Assembly (NCBI GenBank): GCA_028534125.1
Contig: CM052832.1
Span: forward strand, 15,130,001 to 15,194,000
Direction of reading: 5' to 3'
Source: Lama glama
Lineage: Eukaryota
Length of the DNA stretch: 64,000 nucleotides
The position numbers and the translations under genes are program-made. Below the pieces are notes generated by a model that saw only the letters and a list, made by a program, of their open reading frames with translations, was not told the DNA's origin and searched no databases. Within the stretch, counting starts at the first letter, position 1, and each line of letters begins with the position of its first letter. Positions 22,698 to 32,968 of this stretch are shown in pieces.

Positions 22698-23179
22698 TGG
22701 AGAAGGCAAAGTTTTCCTTGACCCTCTGAGGGTCCTTAGATGGGTCTGAAAATTCAACTGACAAAGACAGATTCACAGGAGACAAGCATACGAATGTATT
22801 TAATGCAAGTTTTACATGACATGGGAGCCTTTGTAAGGAAAGAAGAACCAAAGGAACAGACCTGAGTGTTTCTATGCAAGGTTTGATGAAGAGTGGCCAG
22901 GGGCCTGGAAATAGGACAGAGAGTAAGAGGGGCGTGCAGCACTGGGGGAGCTCAGCAAGGCCTGTTTGTTAGGATTCTTGTCATCTCTTTTTCTTTGGAA
23001 ATGAGGCTCCTTTCCTCCGGGGCTAGGGAGGGCACCTCTCACATGAAGGTTTTATGACCGTTTCAAGAGAAAGGGGCAGGGGAAAGGTCAGGGGAACACA
23101 CTTTTTAAACACACTCGGTGTGAAATATTCAATATGCGAAGGTGCCGTGTTTTGGGGTGGCGTGTCCTGGACCCCATCA
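22698..23179 (-). mobile_element. Solo ERV1-class LTR (MER34-like)
   Basis: Reverse complement begins TGATGGGGTCCAGGACACGCCACCCCAAAA and ends ...CTTCTCCA (TG...CA termini), about 480 bp. No clear TSD. Confidence 0.7.
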
Positions 23180-23199
23180 TCAGGCACCTCCACCTTGGT

Positions 23200-24030
23200 G
23201 TGCAGATCCAGACTTTCCACCACCTCTTAGGCCTGCTCCTCCCTCCTCTCCCCTCTCAATAAAAGGCCCCACTATCCTTGTGGTCAGAATCCATGGGATC
23301 AACCTTGACCCCTACCCCCACCCCTTGTCCAAGGCGTCAGAGAGTCCCCATGGCTCGCCTCTAGAATTCTCCAAATCCAGCTGCTTTTCCCCAGCTGGTG
23401 CAAACCACCATTGTCCTTAGCCTGGGTTATTTGATGCCCTCCTCAGTGTCCCTTTGCCTTCAGCTCCTGCCCCTTCCCTCAGGTCCTGATGCGGCAGCCA
23501 GTGGGACCTTGGGAAAAAGTAAATAGGATTCTTTCATGCCCCTGCTTTAAACCCTCCGGGTTTCCCATCACAGTGAAAATCAGCTTCAGATCTCTGGTCG
23601 AGGCCAGTGAGACGCGGTGGGGTGGGCTCTTGGTGTTTCTTCAGCCTCCTTTCCTCCCTTTCTTACCCAGTCTCTTCCCTTTCTTCCTCTTCACCATGGG
23701 CCCTTCTCCCCTACCCGCTGCGCCCCCCCCCCCCAATTCTGGTACTTACTTTCACTGAACCAAGTTGTCTTTGCAGACATTTCCCAACCGCCCCTCAAAC
23801 AACATCCCCCCATCAATCTGGCCACTGATACACTTCATTTTTCTTCATCGATCTTATCACCCCCCTACACCCTGTAGTATATTGATCATGTCTCTCCCAG
23901 GAGAACAAAAGTGCTGAGTGGACAGGGACTTTATTTTCTACTCAACTTCAAATGCCTGAAATAGTGCCTGACACATGGAAGATGTTCTACAAACATTTAT
24001 TAAATGAATGAATGAGTGGAGTGAATGACC
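23200..24030 (+). mobile_element. L2 LINE 3' fragment
   Basis: C-rich body ending gggactttatttt...aatagtgcctgacacatggaagatg...acatttattaaatgaatgaatga, the L2 3' terminus. Confidence 0.65.
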
Positions 24031-25112
24031 CTGGAATTCCAGGGACCGCTAAGACCACAGAGACCTTGTCCCACCCTTGCCAGGGAGAGGCCAGTTGGGG
24101 GTTGCGGCTATTTGAGTTTCCGGAGGTAGAGAACTAAGGCTTTGGAACAGGCTCTCTTTGCTTTTCCCTTAGCCCAGGCTGAGCCCTGTAGTTACAAACA
24201 AGCAAGAGTCCACCCTGTTTGTTCTCACAGGAAACTGTAAAGTCACAACAAATTGGAGCGCAGAAACTGCGGTTTGCGAGGTTAAGTGTGCTGTTTAGTT
24301 ATGGAAATTGAGAGCTCCTCTAGCCCAGCTGTGCCCTTGAAGCATTAGAGATGTGTTCCCTACATGTGCATTTAGACCGAAACTAGGGCTGTCCCAACAT
24401 GGTGTCACTTTGCGGGAAATGTACGTTGGCTTATTGTGATTGCCTTGCCTGGCTCAGAAGCTGGGCCTCATTCATTCATTCACTCGTTCATTCAACAAGT
24501 CAATACTGAGCATCTCCTGTGGGCCCTGGATTCCTGACGCAGACTCCAAGGGACAGGATGCATATTCCTGCTTCAGGAATTGCTTGGGTCTTGGACTTTG
24601 GGAGGCGAAGAGGAAAGGACACTCTCTGAGGTTGTGACTGAGGCAGGTGAACAGATCTGGAGATTTGAAGAGAAGGGAGATTGTGGAAAAGTTACTGCTG
24701 CTGGTGGACATGTCACACACACCCTCTCGCGACTCTTCCGATTGTCTCTCAAACCTTCAGTAACATTCCTGGGGCTTCCGGATGTGCACTGGTGCAGGGA
24801 GAAAGGGTGAAATAGAGAAGGTGGTCACCAGACAGTAAGAGGTGAGCCAGAACAGCCAGTATTAGGGAGGTGGGTGCAGGCAGGAGTGGCAAGTGAATAT
24901 CCTGAGATATCTCCCACCACAGAACACCGGGAAGTGCTCCATACAATAGACAACTATTTTTTTTAATGCATGTCTGTGTTTGTAGAATGAATGAATGCAT
25001 GAAAGGAAAAGGATGTCAAACATAAAGAGGATGCTGAAAGCCTGAGTGTTAAGGAGTGCTGAAGCCTTGGGAGACCTCAGGTCCTTTGCACACACATCTC
25101 CATGATCTAGAT

Positions 25113-25310
25113 CAGAGTTTCTCAATAGCAGCACTATTGACATTTGGGGCTGGATTATTTTTGGTTGAGGGTGGCTATCCTGTGCCTTGTAGGATGTTTG
25201 GCAGCAACCTTGGCCTCTGCCCACTAGATGCCAAAACCACACCCTCCTTCAGTTGTGACAACCAGAAATGTCTCCTGGGGAACAAAGTTGTCCAGCTCCA
25301 GAAACAAAGG
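25113..25310 (+). mobile_element. MER20 hAT-Charlie DNA transposon
   Basis: cagagtttctcaa...gcactattgacatttggggctgga...tgtaggatgtttggcagca...cccactagatgcca...cagttgtgacaaccagaaatgtctcc closely matches MER20. Confidence 0.88.
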
Positions 25311-25689
25311 TCTAGAGGCTTGAGGTTTAAGGAAGAAAGAGACAGGCTGTGGGCACTCATGGGGAGCTGTAACCGAGACCTCTAAAAAACCAAGGCTCTC
25401 AAAGGCTATACCTTTTGTGAAAAGATAGAGAAAAAAATCCTCCAGTGGCAAAGAGAAATGATAAGAATAGTTGTCTGTTTCAGCTTATGCTCTAGGTAGA
25501 AAGAAAAGCCTTTAAATTTGTAACCACAGGTCTGCCTACACCGGGGTTTAGGGTAAACATCTGCATTACCTATGTGTTCCAGGAAACTCCAAGTAGTGAA
25601 ATTAACTCCAAGTGTGTTGGTAGCCCCTGGGGCATGTGGCTGAAGCAGAAGTAAATTCTCTGGGAAGGGACACACTCCCAACCCCTGCT

Positions 25690-26390
25690 GTGCAGGATTC
25701 CCAAGGGGAGGACCCAGCTAAGCTTGAGTTTGCAATATAAAATTACAAAGCACATGAGGAAACAATCGATTATGAATAAGTCAGTGAAAACAACAAATGA
25801 CCAAATTAGACCTTCAAGACTGAAGATATTGGAATGACCAGATCCAGAAAATTAAAAAAAAAAAAGCTGGTTTAAAATGTTTAGAGAAATCAAGATGCTA
25901 CCAGGAAAATCAGGCAAATATGAAAACAAACAAATAGTCTCAGAAATGAAACCAATAATGTTGAAATGTAAAACCCAATAGATAAGTTAAACAGCAGATT
26001 AGATACAGCTGAAGAGGTAGTTAGTGAACTGGAAAATAGATTAGAAGAAATCATTAACCATCATGCAGCACAGACAGAAAAACATGAACAAGAGGAAAAA
26101 AGATATAGGATATAGAATAAGGAGTTTAACAAATGTTATCTAGGAATTACAGAGGAGATAACTGAGAGAACTGGGGGAGGCAACGTAATGATGTTGATTA
26201 GGAATTTTCCAGAAATGATTTAAAAAGTCAAATCCTGGGAAGAAAGCATGAAGAATTCGAGCAGAGTGAATAAAGAGAAACCCAGACCTAGAAACACTGT
26301 AGCCTGTAGAAACACTGCAGAAATCCAAAGAGATCTTAAAAGCAGCTGGATAGAAAATAAATCAGATTACAGATCACCCCAGGATAAAAC
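25690..26390 (+). mobile_element. Ancient L1/HAL1 ORF1-region fragment, degenerate
   Basis: A-rich, with ttaaacagcagattagatacagctgaagag...tagtgaactggaaaataga and gaaacccagacctagaaacac motifs; no intact ORF. Confidence 0.65.
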
Positions 26391-28374
26391 AGTGGCACAT
26401 GACCACATGTCCCTGGGATGCCCTGAAACTACTTAGGGAAGGGTACCTCAGAGAAATCCTAACTGCTGCCAGCATGAGCATGTGGGGACTCAGACTGTTA
26501 CTGTGAAATTATTAAAAGAAATATGATCTTAATGTTCTCTCAAACTGGGCCTGGTGGTTTCACAGCCCAGTACGTGTGGGTGTGGGAGTGGATGTGGGTG
26601 ATGGCCATACTCAGTAACCTCTGGGCAGCGGCCTGGTCCACGGGCTGTGGAGGTTACTTCTGCCTGGAGTGGGGAGAGGGCTACCTTTGGAACACTGCCT
26701 AGACACAGTCTGGGGTTAGGGGTGGCACTGAACAGGAGGCAGTATGGGAATTCAGGTGCCTGGAGTGGGCCCTGGGGGCTATAGAGAAGGCCTGCAAACT
26801 GACTCCTGATCTCCAGTCTTGTTAGGGGCCACTGCCTTCAAGGGACTCTTAAAGGCCACCTTCCCAATCAACAAAGGCTTCCTGGAGGAGGTGATGGGCT
26901 GCAAGAGGAAACTGGGACTGGTGGGAAAGGGGAAAGGAGAGGTGGGTCTGGGAGTGTGTGGGGAAACTGTGGAGCGTGGGAAAGAGGCTGAAAAAGCTGA
27001 GGGGAAGCCCAAGAATTGCCTTTCTTTCTGGATAAGTACAGCATCTCCCACCCTCTTCATACACACATACACACACACATACACACATCCCCTTCTCCAT
27101 TCTTGCTATGAATTTCTCGCCAAACAAGCTTCATTAATCGTCTAATAACCAGATTAATTAAAGACGCTGAAAGTAAACAGCAAGAAGGTAATTTGCTCCT
27201 GATTACTGTGTAATTGCAGGAGGATGAATTCATTTGCATATGCAAAGAAGGCCCCACAGAACAGCGAATGACAATGGAGAGAAGAAATTGTGTATCTGAC
27301 CCGCACCCCTCCATCTCGCCCTTCCACTTACTGCCTCCCCCAGCCTCCTCCTTAGCCTCCTTGAAAGCTAACTGAGACGTTAGCCCTGCTCCCCACCTGC
27401 AACCACGCCAATCCAACCCCCAACTCCCCAAATCCTCTGGCCCAGGCCAGCTCCTGCAGCTCCTTTCCCCACTAGGGAGTGGGTCTCACAAAACAGGGAT
27501 TGAGAATTCTAGCCTTGGCCCTGCCTGAATGATCTTGGCAACATGCCTCCCCAGCATCGACTTCCTGAACTGTACAATGGGCTCATGCACCTGTTCTCTG
27601 TAGCCCTGAAGAGGAGTAAACTAAGAGCTAGGGAGGGAGCCTCTTATAAATTGTAAAGCACTTGGCCAAAGCTTATTGGGCATTATTTTTCGCCTGAGCC
27701 TGGAACTTGCCCAATGTGAGTCTTCAAAGGCTCCTGCCTCATCCAGGAAGTCTTCCGGGATTGTGCCCTTGATGAGAACTGGCATCCCTCTGGGGCTGCA
27801 ATTTGCTCTTTTCCATACAGGAGCTAGCTCACGTCTTCCACAAGATCCCCGTACCCTTGGGCTGAGGAGTAAAGTCCCCAGGGTGCCTCTTCCCTTCCCC
27901 CTCACCAAGCCTAAGCTCAGGCTTGGGGGATTCTGATTCTGGGGTACCCCCTGCCTCCCAGGGCCTCAGATGCCAAATTGTTTTCTGATGGCAGCCTCCG
28001 TATTCTCTGAACTCAATTTGCGTTTTCAAAGCAGCTAATATACGCATTAAAAAATCCATTTTCACTCGGGATTGAATCTGACTAGAGCGAGATCAATGCT
28101 CGGAGGCCTCTTTCCTTCCCACTCCCACCTCCTCGCGTCGCCATGGAGACCATAGAAGCTGCTGCGCCCCAACCCCAGCATTGGGGAGCCCCCTAGACTG
28201 TGATCCAAGTAAGAACAGGAGCCTTGTCTGCTGTGTAGTGTCCCAGTGCCTGGCCAACACACTGACACTGGCACATGGTGGGTCCCCTGTAAATACTTGA
28301 TGAATATTCAGTGATGAAGGAGGGACCCCACATTCCAGCATGGCAGAAATGGGAGAATAGGCCAGTTTGGCTCC

Positions 28375-28555
28375 TTGGGTCTGATTCCTGCCTCCACCAC
28401 TTCTGCGTGGTCTTGGGCTTGTTAACATCTCTGCACCTCAATGATCTCATCTGTAAAATGGAGTTAGTACTTGTACTGACCTCAGCACTGTGGTGAGGAT
28501 GAAATGATTCAAGGTGTATAGAGCTTAGAACAAGGCTGGCACAGGAGTCTTCAAG
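28375..28555 (+). mobile_element. MIR SINE
   Basis: gtcttgggcttgttaacatctctgcacctcaatgatctcatctgtaaaatgg...gtggtgaggatgaaatga...gcttagaacaaggctggcaca. Confidence 0.8.
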
Positions 28556-29242
28556 AAGTGTCAACTCTTATTCTTCAAACCTGTGCGGGGTTTTATGGAG
28601 GGGGAGGCCCTCCCTGCAGGCTTGTTTCTCCTTTTCCCTCTGCCCCAGCCCAGGAGCTCCTGGCCTCCTGCAGCTTCTCTGTCTGGATCCTTGGCCAGAA
28701 GCACAGGAGGGTGAAAATCTCTAGTGGTTTCCTTCTGTGTTCTAGTCTTTGTAAAATAGGATGCATGTGTGGGCCAGGAGGTCACCTCTTGTTACTATTC
28801 CACGGCCACTCTCTGGCCTGACTGTCATCCTCTTGCCCCTGCAGTCCCTCAGTTTTGCCCTCAAGCCCCCTGGCTGCCTCCGAGGCCTCTGGCTTTTGCT
28901 CTGGTCTCCAGAGAGACCCTTGGTGTACAGGTGGGACTGGGAGTGGGAACGACTGGTCTGGTCTGGGTTTGAGATGAAGCAGATTCTGGAGCTGGAGGGA
29001 ACTGGGGTGCCTGGGTCAGCACCCCTGCTCCCAGTGGCTTCTCATTAGCAAGCACCATTGATTTTGTGTGGCTCGGCCTCGCGTGGCAACAGCCCAGTGT
29101 CCCTCTTGGGAAAAAACTGCCTTTGAAGGCTCAAGAAGCTGTTTAGTTCTTAGGGTCTTTGCATGCTGGCCAGAGCTCCCCCAGGCTCTCCACTCAGCCA
29201 GTGACCCCTCTAGGCTCTGCCTCAGTGGGAAGGTCAGCGCCT

Positions 29243-29271
29243 TACACACACACACACACACACACGCACAC
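29243..29271 (+). repeat. (CA)n microsatellite
   Basis: acacacacacacacacacacacgcacac; a second imperfect CA run lies at ~27060-27087. Confidence 0.9.
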
Positions 29272-30459
29272 AGGGCCAGCCCCTCTCACCAAAATTTGGG
29301 TGGGTCTCCTGCCCCTGTGGCCTCCTCTCTCAGCCCCCTCCCTCCTTCTGGTACCCACCATGGGACCAGGATGCTTGGTGGGACAAAAGTATTGAGCTGG
29401 GCAGTGGGAACTCAGGCTCTCAGTGTCCCCCAGGGGTGGGGCTGGTGGGGCTGGGAGGTGCTGATCCATGTGAAACAGATATTTGAGCACCCAGTGAGTG
29501 GTTCTAATGGATTTAGAGACCTGGGTTTGAGTCCTGGGTCTACTCCTGGGCAACTTGGTTCACTTCTCTGCGCTTGGGTTTTCCTATACTAAGTAGAGGT
29601 ATGAATAGCAATATTAATAACAAAGACTGCTGCCTTGAAGGGTCATTGCAGAGATTAAGTGAGGTCCTGAAAAATCTTGTAAACTGGCTCGGTCTTTCCT
29701 CCTAGCCTGGGGGTCAGACCTGGATCTCCCTCCCAGAGCCCAGCAAACACCAGATCCTCAATAATGTGGGTGGACTTGAAAAACCAACGGCTCCAGGGAG
29801 CCCAGGCCTTCCTGAACTTGGGTGGGAGATGGACAGAAGCCTGATGTCTCACCCGGAAGACGGGGTGCTAGAGAGGGAGCTGGGATGAGATGACGTGACA
29901 ACAAATCCTGACTCCCATATAAAAAGAAGATAAATACGTGTCTAAGGCTTTAACTTGTTATTTAAAGCCAGAATCAGTAAGATGTTACAACAGGTTCAAA
30001 GAAGAATCCAAACGGCAGATCCATAGGCAGGCTACCAGGAAGTGAATTTACTAATAAATGAGAGCTGATCAGTAGCTACAGGTCAATAATCGTTTGCACT
30101 CCTACCGGACAAAATTCATTTGCATTTCGATGGAAAAGAATCATTTGCTTTACCAACAGTTATGTTCAAATTCCAAAGTTGTCAAAACTGTCAAAGGCAA
30201 TGAAAGGCAGAGGCCCCTCTGGAATCAGAGCACCCAGGGCCGTGTGACAGACACAACACTTAGGAGTCTTCCTCCTGTGTCAAATTCTGACACCGTTTTT
30301 ACAGGTGGGGAAATAAGAGGTGGACCGAGGAAGGGCCAAGGGCAGGGCGAAGGACACATCAAAGGCACACACTTCATCCCCTTTCATATCTCCTGGGCTT
30401 TGGGGCCCTTGTAGGGGAGAGAGCCTGAGCCCCTGGTCACCTTAGCCTCCATAGCTTCT

Positions 30460-32250
30460 GTTTCTTTTTGTAATTTAAAAAATTGCGAGAATACAAACAC
30501 AGTAAAGCGCAAAAATATCAAGTCTAGAGTCTAATGAATTTTTACACATACACACGGCCATGTAACCATTATTCAAATCAAGATATAAGGGGGGAAGTTA
30601 CAGCTCAGCAGTAGAGTGTGTGCTTACCATGCTTAAGGTCTTAGGTTCAATCCCCAGTACCTCCACTAAACAAATAAACCTAGTTCCCCCAACCAAAATC
30701 CCACAAACAACAAAAAAGTTAGTAAAAAAAATGTTTTTAAAGATATAGAAAATTTCCAGATTTGAGTGTTCCCTCATGGCCCCTCCTAGTCAATAACTAA
30801 CCTCCACTATCCTATCACCATAAATTTATTTGCCTGTTTTTGAACTTCAAATAAATAGAATTAACTGTATGTAGTTTTTGTGTCTGGATTATTTCAGTCA
30901 GCATAATATTTGTGACATTCACGCATATTGTATGTATCAATAGTTGGTTCCTTTTCATTGCCGAGTAATATTCCATTGAATGATTATATTATACCTTATT
31001 TATTCTTTCTCTCTTTGATGCATATCTAAGTTCTTTCCAGTTTGGGGCTGTTCTAAATAAAACTGCTACGAACATACTTACATATGTCTTTTTATAAAAA
31101 TATGTTTGGATTTTTCTTGAGTCAATGCCTAGGAGTGAAACTGTTGGGTCTTCTGTTTGATATGTGCTTAGGTTTAGAAGATGGGGTCAAATAGTTTTCC
31201 AAAGTGGTTGTACAGTTTACATTCCTACCAGCAGTGTATGTATGAGAGTTCCAGTTGTTCTGTGGTAACCAATGCTTGGTGTGGTCAGTTTTTTTTTTTC
31301 TTTTTTTGCCATTCTAGTGGATATATTGTAGTACCTCATTTTGGTTTTAATTTGCATTTTCCTAGTGATTAATGATGTTGAGCACTTTTTCATAGCTTAA
31401 TTTGGATTTCTTTGTGAAGTGCCTGGTAAAGTCTTTTGGCCATTTTTAATTTTTTTTTTGATGTGTAGGAACTCTTTATATATTCTGGATAGGAGTTCTT
31501 CATCCAATATATGTATGGGTAGATAGTTTTTCCCAGTCTGTAGCTTGCCTTTTCACTATGGTTGTTTTTTGATGAATGGATGTTTAAATTTCAATAAAAA
31601 TCCATTATTTTCTTTGTATTTAGTGATTTTTGTGTTATGTTTAAGAAATCTTTGCCTAACTCAGTCATGAAAATATCCTCATATTTTGTCTTGAAGCTTT
31701 ATTGTTTTGTTGTTCAGATTTAGATCTATGATCCATTTAGAATTAATTTTATTATATGAGGTAGGAATCAAACTTCATTTTTTTCCTATATGATTCAATT
31801 GATCCAGCATCTCTTATTGAAAAGAAAATCCTTTTTCCACTGAATTGCAATGGTGTCTTTGTCATCAATCAACTGACCCTATATGTGTGGATCTATTTTT
31901 GGATTCTCTCTATTCTCTTATGCTGATATATTTGTTTACCCTTAAACCTTAAATTATCACCGTGTCTTAATTGCTGTAGCTTTATAGAAAGTTTTAAAAT
32001 CAAGTAGTTTAAGTCATTCATCTTTGTTCTTCTTCATGATTGCCTTGGCTATTTTAGGTCTTTTGCATTTTCGTATATATTTTAGAATTGGCTTGTCAAT
32101 TTCTACAAAGGCTTCCTGGGACTTTGATTGGGATTGGGCTGAATCTACAGATCATTTCGGGGAGAACTGATACACTACCAATACTGAGTCATCTAGTGCA
32201 GGAATGTGGTATACCTCTCCCTTTATGAATGTCTTTAATTTTTCCCGACA
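30460..32250 (-). mobile_element. Old LINE-1 (L1M-type) 3' UTR plus ORF2 3' fragment, interrupted by a SINE
   Basis: ttccagtttggggct, ttttccaaagtggttgtac, ttttaatttgcatttt, gatgttgagcactttttcat, tttgttcttcttc...gccttggctatt and ggggagaactgata are antisense L1 hallmarks. Confidence 0.9.
30589..30739 (+). mobile_element. Vic-1-type tRNA-derived SINE (camelid)
   Basis: gggggg...cagctcagcagtagagtgtgtgcttaccatgc...ggttcaatccccagtacctcca, with A/B-box-like motifs, a taaacctag..cccc spacer and an A-rich tail. Flanked by aagatata at 30580-30587 and 30740-30747. Confidence 0.85.
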
Positions 32251-32906
32251 TCCTGCCTTCTCTTTTAAACCCCACTGCATTTTGGCACTTGGTGGAAATT
32301 AACTTCCATCCCTGTGATTGGAGTCTGTTACCTGATTGCAGCTCTTCAGGGGCGCACCCAGGGACCAGGCTCTGGGAGAGGGAGAAGGGCAGGTGGAGAG
32401 ATCTGAGAAGGGGAGGGGGCACCCAGGACCCCAGCCTCAGTCTTGACTGCTGAACATCCCTCTTCCTCTGTGGGACATCTCCATGGTTAGCAATTTCACA
32501 GAGCAGTCACTTAACCTCAGTTTTCCTATCTGTGAAATGGGAGTATGGTCTCAGTGTGGGACAGCAGTTGGGAGAAGTGAAGGATATACACTGCAGGGCA
32601 CTTGTTAGGTGCTCAATAAGTCATACTGACGTTTGTTTCTGCCCTCAAGGGAAGACTGATGCCACCAACGTGGACAAAGAACTGCAAAGGTGCAGACTCA
32701 TGCCCACCTCCCTCTGGTCATGCTTTTTTTCCTTTTAAGGACAAACTGAGAGTGTGCCTTAGTAATCAAAGAGATGGAAAAAGAAAGATGATGTCTGGGC
32801 AGAAAGTTTGAATAGGCAGTGGAAGCCTGGCCCATGTAGCTTGCTGACTTTCTACTCCTCTTGTTACCATTGGACTTTTCATTCTCTCAGTACACTTATA
32901 TCATGT

Positions 32907-32968
32907 TCCATCCATCCAACCATCCATCCATCCAGCCAGCCAGCCAGCGAGGCCAGCGAGCCAGCCAG
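32907..32968 (+). repeat. Compound (CCAT)n/(CCAG)n tetranucleotide repeat
   Basis: tccatccatccaaccatccatccatccagccagccagccagcgaggccagcgagccagcc. Confidence 0.8.
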
